NCBI RefSeq assembly: GCF_002571385.2
Contig: NW_019217906.1
Coordinates: 134,956-198,955, forward strand
DNA length: 64,000 bases
From: Stylophora pistillata
Lineage: Eukaryota
Direction: 5' to 3'
In this document: positions 23,801 through 34,400 of the stretch, piece after piece
How the letters are laid out: each line of letters begins with the position of its first letter
How positions within the stretch are numbered: the first letter of the stretch is position 1
The notes under the pieces: model-generated
Seen by the model: only the letters and a program-made list of their open reading frames with translations
What the model was told of the DNA's origin: nothing
Databases searched by the model: none
Position numbers and translations under genes: made by a program

Positions 23801-24060
23801 TGAAAGAGGCAGTTAAATTGCAAGAGGAAGTGTTAGACACACACGACGAGCTGATTCACACTCATCAAACCATGTCAATTGTTTTGTGTCATCTTGGTAA
23901 AAAAAAGGAAGCCGAAGAAGAAATGAAAAAGGCAGAGGAGTGTGCGAAAAATTTGGATTCTTGGAAAGCCCCTTTAGAAAGACTTGAGAGCCGCGAAGAG
24001 AAAGGGTGGATGGCCGTTTCAAGCATTCCCGAAGCAGAGCCAAGAATTTCAAAATTCTGA
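14870..24060 (+). CDS. 3x Death domain - STAND (NB-ARC-like) NTPase - TPR NLR-like protein, paralogue B, ~1115 aa
   Basis: Exons 14870-14927 (tentative first exon), 16869-17153, 18240-18578, 19446-19763 (Death), 20190-20297, 21354-23039, 23372-23651, 23787-24060. STAND motifs: LVGR, Walker A APPGYGKT, Walker B ILIIENIDD, sensor-1 VLTSRE, LEPL, GGIPL, WHD LHP. TPRs with LGDHPATATTLNWIG. Frame and phases are consistent. Confidence 0.9.
16269..16556. repeat. Tandem duplication, 2 x ~150 bp
   Basis: gtacaccgcacaagccatcgctttgcaaat...cataacttttggatttta at 16269 and 16419. Confidence 0.9.
17242..17277 (-). mobile_element. 36-bp truncated copy of the tRNA-containing retroposon
   Basis: Flanked by a perfect 15-bp TSD acatagttgctttcg (17227-17241, 17278-17292). 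The insert matches the element end at ~58457-58483. Confidence 0.75.
17412..17776 (+). mobile_element. tRNA(Thr-AGT-like)-containing retroposon with a 5' inverted, permuted segment
   Basis: 12-bp TSD attaaatgctat (17400-17411, 17777-17788). tRNA-like core 17633-17704 with A-box and B-box but mismatched anticodon and T stems. 17412-17552 is an inverted copy. Confidence 0.85.
21008..21326 (-). repeat. Dispersed non-autonomous element (second copy 43507-43825, opposite strand)
   Basis: Near-identical reverse-complement match to 43507-43825; subterminal IR plus a long terminal palindrome. Confidence 0.9.
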
Positions 24061-25014
24061 TTAATTACCTTCTGCCCATAGCGCACTGTATCAGTTATCA
24101 TATTTTCAGTCGGTCGCTTTTTATCGAGCCGAAATGACTTCTTCGTTATACGAGGCAAAATTTCAACATAACTTTTGTAACTGTGTTCGCGAGACAAACC
24201 AAGCTAGACATGACATACATGTGTATGCACAAAAAAATCAATTAAAAAATCTGTGATAAAGATGAATTGTAAGAATTTTTATTACTGTCGTGGATTTTTA
24301 TACCCACTGAGGGAAGGAATTCCCACCTGTAAATGGTTTAATTCCGCCATTGCGCTACTGTACCATGTAGAGGCAACGGAATGCGTAAAATATGCGACGG
24401 TAGGACACCGAAAACAAGGCAAAAATACGGACTGTCAGCGGAGCAACCAAATGGGCGCACTAACCGATCCTAAACTTGGATTCCCCCCCCCCCCCAACTT
24501 TTGAGCTTGACCTTTTTACCTTTTTAACAACGAACCTTAAGGCGGATCATATTTTCTCGTTATGCACAAGGCTTGAGAGGCAAATACATGTAGATAAGAT
24601 CATTGATCCGTCACTAACGTTTGCTGTAATTTCCTTCTTTTGTACATCGTTTGTCACGGGATTCATGGTCAATGGTGAGCCTCAAGTCCTCAAGTTTACC
24701 TTTAGCAAACAAAACACAAAGCGTGACCAAGAAAGGAGTGGGGGAGGCTAAAGCTAAAATTTCTAGTCGCTTCTCGAATGCATCCGCTGGGCTCGTTGAA
24801 AACTGAGGAACTGGTTCTTATAACTGTGCGAGTCTTACTAAATTGCGAGATTAAGTATTATTTTTCATTTTTTATTTTTTATTAAATGCGTTTAACTGAG
24901 TCACCCTGGCCCCGTCAGTAGACTTAGAAGTGATAGAATTTGCACTCAAAAGGATCGCAGAGAAAGCTTTCTTAATAGTTACACCCGCCATTGATGATAG
25001 AGGTCTTTACAACT

Positions 25015-28000
25015 TCAAGATATTGTTTCGTCAGTCTGACTCACATCCATATCATTATCGCCTTTCTTACGTCTTCCTCGTTTGGAAGTTCTCTTGGAAA
25101 CTTCCATCTTTTCACTCGTGTCCTCATGTTGTATATTTTCTTTTGATTCCTCCTCAACCTCCATTCCTGCACCAGTTTTAGAAACATGTTTTCTCCTCTG
25201 TTTTTTCTTTGTTTTCTGAACTTCCATTTTCTCTTCAATTACACAGTTCTCACTCGCTAACCTCTTTTCCTCATCGCCATCTCGTAACTCCTTGTTCGAC
25301 TTCAGCAAAGTAAGTTTATTTACCGCAGGAACCCCTACCATGAAAGCATCAGGCACAGGGAGCCCCAATATTTCAGGAAGCATGTACGGTTTTAACCAGC
25401 CGACCAGAGGTGTTCTTCCACAAGTGTAATGCGTCCTCTTGTGAAAGAACAACAAACCATCGACCTAAAATCAATTAAATAGTTTTCAGGAACAAACAGT
25501 ACCAATATAGCATGAGATTGAATAATGAGAGATCACCCTCCTTGTAGGTATCTTAATTAAAACTGTTCAAGTTAGCTTGTTAAGAGGATGTCATTTGAGA
25601 TAAATTTAATAGTACCTAAGCAATAGGCCATTTTACAGTTGTGTACTTAGTTGCCAAGCCTTTGATTTGGAGTGAGGCTGAAGGTGACCTTGTTGTGATA
25701 GAGACCTGTATCTAGTTAGCATAATAACACAGTGACTTACATTTGAAAGGTAGCAATGTTTGTATCATAACAAGGTCACCCCCAGCCTCACTCCCATTAA
25801 AAGGCTTGGCAACTGAGCACACAACTGTAAAATGGACTGTTAACCACTCCACTTGTAACAGATATGTTAGGCCTTCTGAATATTTGTTCTATTACGAATG
25901 CTCTCTCCCTTTCTGTCAGTTATTTTGCAGAATTTGGCACCATATCAAGTAAAGAAACTTTAGGGTGATAAGTCTGGTCCCAAGGACATCTATTGTATTT
26001 TGAAGAGAAGTTATTTGTCCATCATGCACTGTTGTAGGATCAAGTTAAGAACACTAACACTGAGGAGAAAATTGCAAGTAATTTTTTCCAAGTTAAATTC
26101 ATACTGTGAATGATGCCCAAACACTTAATTGACTACCTTGGGGCGACAAAGTTGTTGGTTAAACAATTTTGTGTCTTTTTTTTTGTCAATTTGCAATGAA
26201 AAGAAATCCAGTTAGGAATACACTAAGATACCACTTCTCGTCAGTTGTCTATTTTTCTTACCTCATTGACTGATGTGACACTGATCAAAGCCTCAGAAAT
26301 GGAACTGGCATCACATGGATGATGATGCAAACTGATAAATCTGTACTGATGAATAATGAGCAGAAATGTGTTAAGATAATTTATATCTTCCCTAAAGAGA
26401 GCTTACATGAATCAAACTCAGGATTTCCCCCTTTACATTGTTTCCATCAGTTTTCAAAATATCAGCTTGTTTGTTTGTTTTATGATGCTTTTTTTCAAAT
26501 ATAAAATATTGTTTTTGAACAAATATGAATAAACTAATGAAAAATATAATTATGAGTATAACTTAGCAGTGGCATATGATCTTCCAAAAGGGACTTCATC
26601 CTCTAATTCTGGGTTAAAATGGAATTTGGAAAGTTGTTTTGGTGGAGAGAGAAAATCCAGTGAACATAAAAAAATCCTGGAGCAAGGAAAAAATCCAAAG
26701 CCAAACTCAACCCTCATGTAAAATCAGGTGTGGAATTGAAACTCATCACCATGCTGAGAGGCCATTACCCTTACAAAAGCGCCAATCTTCTTTTCCCAGA
26801 GTGTATGAACCCATAGGCTCTTCATATGACTTGATCATGTCATTAAAAAAAAAAAAAATTTTCAAAACTGTCATGAAATATTTCCTTCAGCATTACAGGG
26901 CTCAAATCTCCTTTTAATTCAAAACAGGCAATTTTGAGTCCTTAAGTGTCTAAGGGAAAGATTTAACAATAGTTTTGAAATTTTAGAATTTACAAGGATT
27001 TGCGTGGAAAACCATGTCAGCATGCATGACTGGGTGGCAAAAGTTATTTTTCTCAATACAAATACTTCTAACTTTCGGTGGCCGTTACAATCACTACTTT
27101 TGAGATGTACGGCTGAAAATTCTCAGGTTTCCCAATTTTAGTATGCTCTTTCAGCTTGCGCAAACAAAATTTTTCAAAAGTGAACTGTTTTTGTGTCTAC
27201 CAAAAGTTGATCATGTGATCAAGTCACGCAAAGAACCCATTAATTACAATCCTCTTACTGGGTTGTCAGCCGACGCTTGTGTCACCAAAGGCTCTTCCTG
27301 AAGCTTTGTCTGCAGCCAGTAAAACCTAAAATCTGTCTGAAAGACAGGAAAATGAAAAAGAAAAGCAATGACATCCGTTTTGTCCACACACATTTCTTGA
27401 TAGGTTATCAACAGCTTCCAAATCAGAGATCACAAAATGAAATACATATGATGGCTGTAAAAAATCACTAGGCAAGCCTCATCAGTAGTAGTGCAGACAG
27501 GCCTTGACACTAACTTTTCAACTTACTAGCCAAGTGGCTGGTGACACTGCAGATGTCAGTTACAACAATTTCAGTTAGTTAACTAGCCAAACTGGTGGGC
27601 TATTGTGGAAATAAAAAAGCATGAGCCAAAACTGACTTTCTACAAGTCTATGGCTAGTTGGCTACCGTTAGTGTAGTGTCAAGCCCTGGCAGAGCTACAT
27701 ATTTCTACTGTTATTAGGGGTTTTGCCGCCTTTTTTTTGTCAGTGGGCCCTGGGACCCACTCAGTCAGCTTGGTTTCCCAGGCCCGTTCAGTTCAGAGCT
27801 CATGTGTTGCATTTTTTAGTTTCAGTAGGTTTCACCTTAATTTATCACCTCAGTTTGTCAGTTTATCATTCATCGCAGCACCATTCATGTAAGTTTTCAA
27901 CGTTCCGTTATTTTATTGTTTTTGCCTTGTCGTATTTCCTGTTTTCTGTTTTCGTTTCATCGTTTTCTGTATTTTATTTACATGTAGTTTCACCATTTGA

Positions 28001-31000
28001 CACTAAAGGAAAATAAACCACTGATTTGTATACTCTTCGTGTTTCGGTTGAACACTACGCTAAGAACGCGACAACTGTACCTCGCTGTCATACACAGGAT
28101 GACCTCTCCAGGTCATGACATCCAACACATGGAAAGTGTTTGTTAGTCCATTGAAGATACAGTCCAAGATGGTGTAATCTAAATTTTCAGGTGTAGAAAT
28201 ATATGTACACGTAGTTTTAGGTATCTTACATTGCGTACTCACTGTACAATTACCACATATACTTATAATGAAGATAACAATAAAAGCTCTAAATTTTTCA
28301 AATTAATTGAGGTTATACTAAGGGGACTCTTAAGCAAGGCAAAAAAAAGGAAAAGAAAATTAAAAGGTGAAAGTTATGGCCAGCCTTTACACCTTCATCT
28401 TATATTGAGAAGTTTAAAGCAAATAATAAGTAAATAAAGAATCTATGACAGCTGTATTACAATTTTGCAAATCATTCACTGGTCATTGTTCAGTAGTCTA
28501 AGTTGATAATCACTTTCATACCTCCAGGTTTGAGAGTTTTTGGACTTCCTCCAGGGAGTAATGAAGAAAACTTGTTCACCCTGTAGCCACTTTTAGTGTA
28601 TGCAGCAGTATATCCCTATATTATTTTACAATAAATTATAAGGACATATTAAACAATTATAGGTCAAAATGAAGTTAGTAATACTTAATTGGAAAAAAGT
28701 CTCCCTGAACTTTACTTTGCATGCATGGTAGGCACTTTCTATGAACAGGTGTCAAATCCACACAATCAGTTGTGAACAACAAATTGGAAGCTACATGTAC
28801 CTTGAGCCTCAAATAAACTTACACTTGCACATAGATTAGCAAGTGTTTGGGAGCATGTGGTGTACAGAACTAGGCTGTATATATTAACTTACATTTGCGG
28901 CAATGACAAGGTTCCTTTTGCCCACTGGACAAATAACCATCAACCACTCCCCCTTTAAATCATCAGGAATATCAACAAGCCACTCGGATAACATCAGCTA
29001 AAACAAAAAGAAGGAAAGAAGGGAGAAAAGAAAAAATCAATTTTCTGATCAAAGATTTTGATCCCAATCTATACCATGTAGTGAATAATAATTAGGCTGG
29101 CAGAGAAAAGAGATAATAAATGACTCTGTTAAGCTTTCACTTTACTATGAGCAAGGTAGAAAAAAAGTGTATTTAGATTGGTCTAGAAAACTGAATCACT
29201 TTTGTTTTCTGAACAAAATTAGATCTCCTCAAAGAGCAACAAAACAAACTTTATTCTTATTCTGATTACAGACATACATAATTAAAATTCTTATTACAAA
29301 AATACATGAATAAAATGGTTTGCCCCGCAAATAACTAAGAAGCTAGTCAGGAGCTACAAATTTTCAATCATAATATGAATACATTACTGAGTAAAACTGT
29401 AATGATAATTTTAAAGTGATCCAAACTTGAGACATGAATAAAATTATGAAATAGCCACACCTGATATGCATAAGGATTAAATTTCTTTTTACGACTTCTC
29501 CTGCTTTTCTTGTCACTCTCCTCAATAAACTCCATCTCCTACAGTATACGTCAACCATTAATTTCCAGAACTTGTAGTAAATGGCAGATATAACAATAAT
29601 CAATCATAGCAAAGAAATGATGGGATGAAATGGATAAGTTCAAAATAAATAACGATTTTTTAAAAAGCATGTTTACCTCTGTCTCGACATCTTCAACTTC
29701 TAAACATCCTTCCACCAGTTTTCTTGCATAGTTGACATAGTCTCGCCTGTGTCTGAGGATACAAAATAGAACATTACATACAATATCAAGTACAACACAA
29801 TGTGCTGAGTTACCACTAACAATTTCCAACAGCAATGACGTCAGTAAACTTAGAAATAAAGTGAAGATGCATGAAAAGAATAACTTATATAAGAAAAACA
29901 TAATTATTTTATCACAGCATGTATAGGGCCTGATGTCATTAATTTTCCACATGGACAGAACATACTTTTTCTGCTCCTCCAACATTCTTTTCCTTCGTAA
30001 AAACTGATCTGGTGTGTTACTGGGCTTCATTTTATACTGTGTCATCCTGATGGCATGTAAACATAAGTCAGTGCTTAGTATTACAACATCCCCATTGTGG
30101 CAAAAAATACAGGGGCTTTTTCTTTAGCCGTAGCAGTAATAATATATATCATTCTATAGCTGCACAGTACCACAGTGTAAACATTGTAGTGGCTCAAAAG
30201 AATAATGATAAGTATACAATACTTTTAAAGTTGTCTTGCTCCAAATAGTTGCTATGGTCATTCTTTACTCATGAGTATTCTAGATAATCACAAATCTCAT
30301 TGTTTAACCCCCTAACTCCCAGAAGTGATTTATAATTGAAACTTCACCCTATAATATCCATACACCATCCACCAAACAAATAAAGAAAATACTCAGACTT
30401 ATCAGGTAGAGGTTGTTCTCTTGATCTAACACCAAATTCTTGTAAATAATTTACAACGAAATGTGTAGAAGTTAGAGGGGAGAGTCGACAATCAGATTTT
30501 GGGATTTAAAAGGTTAATGGAGCCACTAAGTCATTGCTTGCTTTCAATTAATTGGGGAAATCAAGGTCTACTCTTACATTTTGGGGGGATCTTTTTGGGT
30601 GTAGGGGGAGGGGGACTGGGGGGAACTCTGTACACATAAGTACCCTCGATTTCCAGAGCACATTTCTGTGCTGACAGATACATCTACTTAATACTCTTTC
30701 AACGCTATCACACATTAAAAGAGATATAAAGTGCACTTGTCTGAGAGAAGACCTGCGAGTGACGTCTTTGCAAGAGGGGCAAGATCTACACATACATGTG
30801 CACATCCGCGAGTTTTTCGACTCTCACTAAACCCCTTGGACGAACCTTAAAGTATTTCTGACGATGCACTACAACTGTGAGGGAACAGGAGACCCAGGTT
30901 GTACTGAAGTCTGGTTTACACTGACGATCTTACCTTGGATGGGGCGCTGAAGTGTCGTTTGGGTCAGAGGAAACTGTAAAACTGGCTGCGAATGATTCAG

Positions 31001-31013
31001 AAAGACCCTCCAT
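25015..31013 (-). CDS. SNUPN: Snurportin-1 (m3G-cap snRNP import adaptor), ~407 aa
   Basis: Ten exons: 30934-31013, 29966-30046, 29677-29752, 29461-29538, 28893-28997, 28522-28615, 28081-28178, 27259-27336, 26262-26345, 25015-25464. IBB N-terminus [32 protein letters not shown]...[19 protein letters not shown]. Cap-binding motifs [67 protein letters not shown]. Confidence 0.97.
25622..25841. mobile_element. Long-TIR hairpin MITE (family copy at 46983-47202; related ends at 35344-35524)
   Basis: ~70-bp inverted arms aataggccattttacagttgtg...cacaactgtaaaatggactgtt; the core is shared with 46983-47202. Confidence 0.85.
27498..27688. mobile_element. MITE with a 5-bp TSD (hAT5-like)
   Basis: TIR cagg(c/g)cttgacacta at both ends, flanked by gcaga on both sides. 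Confidence 0.7.
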
Positions 31014-31415
31014 TTTGAAACAAAAAGAAGCGAAGTTTAGCCGTTCAGTCCCGAAGAACCACAGGAATATTTAATTGTTCAATGCATAACTATCTCGCCT
31101 TTTCACAGACTAGACGATTTTAATCTCGAAATAATTGTTCAAAATTCTTCAATTTCCCTCCAATTTCCCCCACATTTCCCCCACATCTTCTAGTGAGCCC
31201 ACGATTTACCAGCAGTTTGTAAGAGAAGTCCATAACACGTGACATTCATGTGACATGCGAACGCCTGGCGGAGTTTGAAAGAGGTGGAAGTGTCTTGAAG
31301 CGTGAACATCTGAAGAAATCCTTGTCTCGATCGTGTAAGGATTGCTAAAGACAAAATGGCCAGAGTCGTGTACTTATAGGAGACTCACTGAGCAAGTCTG
31401 TTAACTGGCTACACC
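31014..31415. promoter_or_regulatory. Putative bidirectional promoter between SNUPN and the Slob/PXK-like gene
   Basis: Divergent ATGs about 400 bp apart; E-box cacgtg near 31236 and GGAAGT near 31286. Positional inference only. Confidence 0.6.
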
Positions 31416-34400
31416 ATGGGATCGTTTGTTGATTACATGGGAGATCATGTTTGGGTACGTGTTAATGCATATCTTGTGCATTTCGAAGAACAAAAGTTCA
31501 TGAATTGTACAAGGAAAAATTATAATGGATCAGCGTGTGAATGCAAGAATTTTTAATGGGAAAACTTTCAGGCAATTAAGAGCGCTTTTAAACTCAAATG
31601 ATAGTATAACGATGAATCAACAACAATAACGTTAACGAGAAGTGCCTTTTCCACACTTTTTTTGCACGCGACCACAAATGTCATATACATGTAACAATAC
31701 AAGAATTTATTAACCAAATGTGCTTCGAAGAGTACAAATAACATGCTAGACGAGTACAAAATATCACGCGATATTCGCCCGTGTTACACACTCAAATCAA
31801 CCAGATAATGAAACACAAGGTTATATTTATTCCCAAAACTTCGAGCACATGCGTTTTTTCTCTTTTACCCGACACCCTTTTGGGTTCATGAACTCGACAA
31901 AACATGTCACGCACTCTACACCCGCACTGAAACAACAATTTGGCTTGTTGGATAATAAATCTCTTATTGGACGTTTTGTTGTGTAGTATCGCAGAGTATT
32001 TTTACGAGCTGTGCCATATTTTGCTGCAGCATATAATACAAATTGAAAAAGAAAAATAGAATTATGAAAGATCAAGAGTTGGAAACTCACTGTTTAACAA
32101 AGAACCAAGTTTTTTCAGAAAAATCCATTTTTTTTAAACAATCAAATAGGTCTATTTAATGTAAAATCAGGTGAAAAAGTTAGGGTTAGGGTTAACCTAT
32201 TGACGTCTAGTGTGCCCGTAAGTGCCCATGTGGAACCACACCCTTTCTACACCTTGTGACATCATCACTTTTAATGCTGGAGCATGACTTTGAGCACGTA
32301 CTTAAACAGGTTGAAAATATCTTACGAATGATACCAGAATGAGCGCAACTGAGTGAAGGAGATTGGTGAAATAGCCAAAAACCAGGTAACTTTGACCTGA
32401 AAATCTCCACGAAAATCTTGTTCCATGACCCACCTACCTTTCTGAGCATTTGATTTGAAAATAATGAGTAGTTTCCAAAAAAATCTTTACGCCAAAATGA
32501 AGCCTACTAAATTTGCAGCAAGTGAGGAGAAACTTCAGGCAAGGAAAGGGGGAAAAATTGCAGGAGAAAGAGAGAAAAGTAAAAGTCGTAAGTGGGGCAG
32601 TACTTTTCAACCCATCACGAAATTTTGCTTTCTGCGCCTGCCCGAGATTTTCAGGCCGCCATTTTGCATTTGGATCAAAAGGCCGTCGAGTGACAAGCTG
32701 TGAATGGGTTTGTGGTAAGTTTGAGCTTTTAAAACCACAACAGTGACCCGAAATCTGCTCGACTAGCTTCAAAATACAGTTTCTCATTAAAGCAACAGCT
32801 ATTAATGGGTTAACTAAAACCAATGATGTGACTTTTAACAGCTGAAACAGCTAGGAATTTTTGTGTTGCTTTGATTGCAAGCAGTTATTTGATATTAAGA
32901 ACATAATAATGTACCTAATATCATAAAATTTGTTTTCAAGGACATTGAGTGAATCCAGTGAGGAAAAATATTGCAGACTGTTCACTGATTGACTGAGTGT
33001 TGGTATAAATTTGTCTTTTTAGCTTCCAGTCCTGATTGCTATTGGCATTGCATTCTTGTTAATCATCATAGTCTGGATAATCTGTAAACGCTGGTTGGTT
33101 CTTTGATTGTTTCATTGTTTCATTGTTATTGCAATTTATTTTTATTGTTGTTAAAGTTATTGAATAGTTGTTAATACCTTTGTAAAGCACCAGGTAGGAT
33201 ATGGTTCTTATTAAACAGGGCTCCAAACTCACTTTTCTCTTAAGCGGCCATCTGGCTACCTTCAATCATAAATAAGTGGCCTGAATTAAAATTTTTAGGT
33301 GCCAGCAAAATTTTTATTGAGAAAGAAAACAAGAGGCACTTAAATTGTTTAATACATGTACTCCAAAATGTACTTGATGGCTGGCCAATTTACCAAGTAT
33401 CCTGGGGCCTATAGCTAGCATACAAAGCAAAATCTTAAAGTGAAAGTCATGGAACATAAGAAAAATTTTATGAAAACTTTCTTATCCCTTTGACTTCAGA
33501 CCATGAAAAATAACTTTGCAACTCAAACACAAGTTGTTATATTAGTGACCAATGCTGCACATGTAGTCACCAACATTTTTTAATCACTAATTTGGAGACC
33601 ACAACAGTTACCACTTGAACAGCTGTTAAGAAATGTAGTTCTCAGCATAGTGAAAATTGATAAACACCTTAGGGCCAAAGGGCTAATCAAGGGCTCTTAC
33701 TTGGGTCTAGGGCTCTAAACATCATCTTTAGAAACTCTTTATAGTGGCCAATTTATATTGTACAGCTGTACATGTATGTAAGAATCACATTCGTAGTGGA
33801 CCGTGTAAGCATTGCTTAGCAATTTGAAATTTCAAAGAATTTTCATTAAAAACAGTGTATCTCAGAGTGTTGCATGTACTTCACACCACTCATGCTCAAA
33901 GGGGGAAAATTAGACCCATCTTCAAATATATAAGTCTGTAATATAATAGGCTAAATTTGGTGATCGAATAGTTCTTTTTTTTTGTATGGTTCTAGGAAAT
34001 GGAATCGTTATGTGAGTCGGATTGGCATTGAAGAGGAAAGATCATTAATTGAGAAATGGGACGAAGAGAAAAGACTTCAGAAAAGTGTAGAAAGAGGTAC
34101 AAGAACTGTGAAGAATTTATGAAACTAATTTGCAAATGATTAAGTTTGATGTGTGACAGTGCTTGAAAATCATGTTAACTCAGTCAATAATGTTAAATAT
34201 TGTTAATTTTGTACTTTTTTGCATAGAAATAGGTCATAGGTTTAATTTGTATAACTGCAGTATGAAATGTTGATATGCAAAAGGTAGGGAACTATCTAAC
34301 CTTGATGATTTCCTCTTCAATCCAAAAAGGCCAATGAGTTTTTAAACTTGATATTGCAGATGCAGTGTTGCTGAATTGCTACTACTATTTAAAGGATTCC

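Noticed and set aside
32180-32194. TTAGGG telomeric repeats
   Set aside because: Only about 2.5 units next to a transposon end; not a telomere or a meaningful interstitial array.
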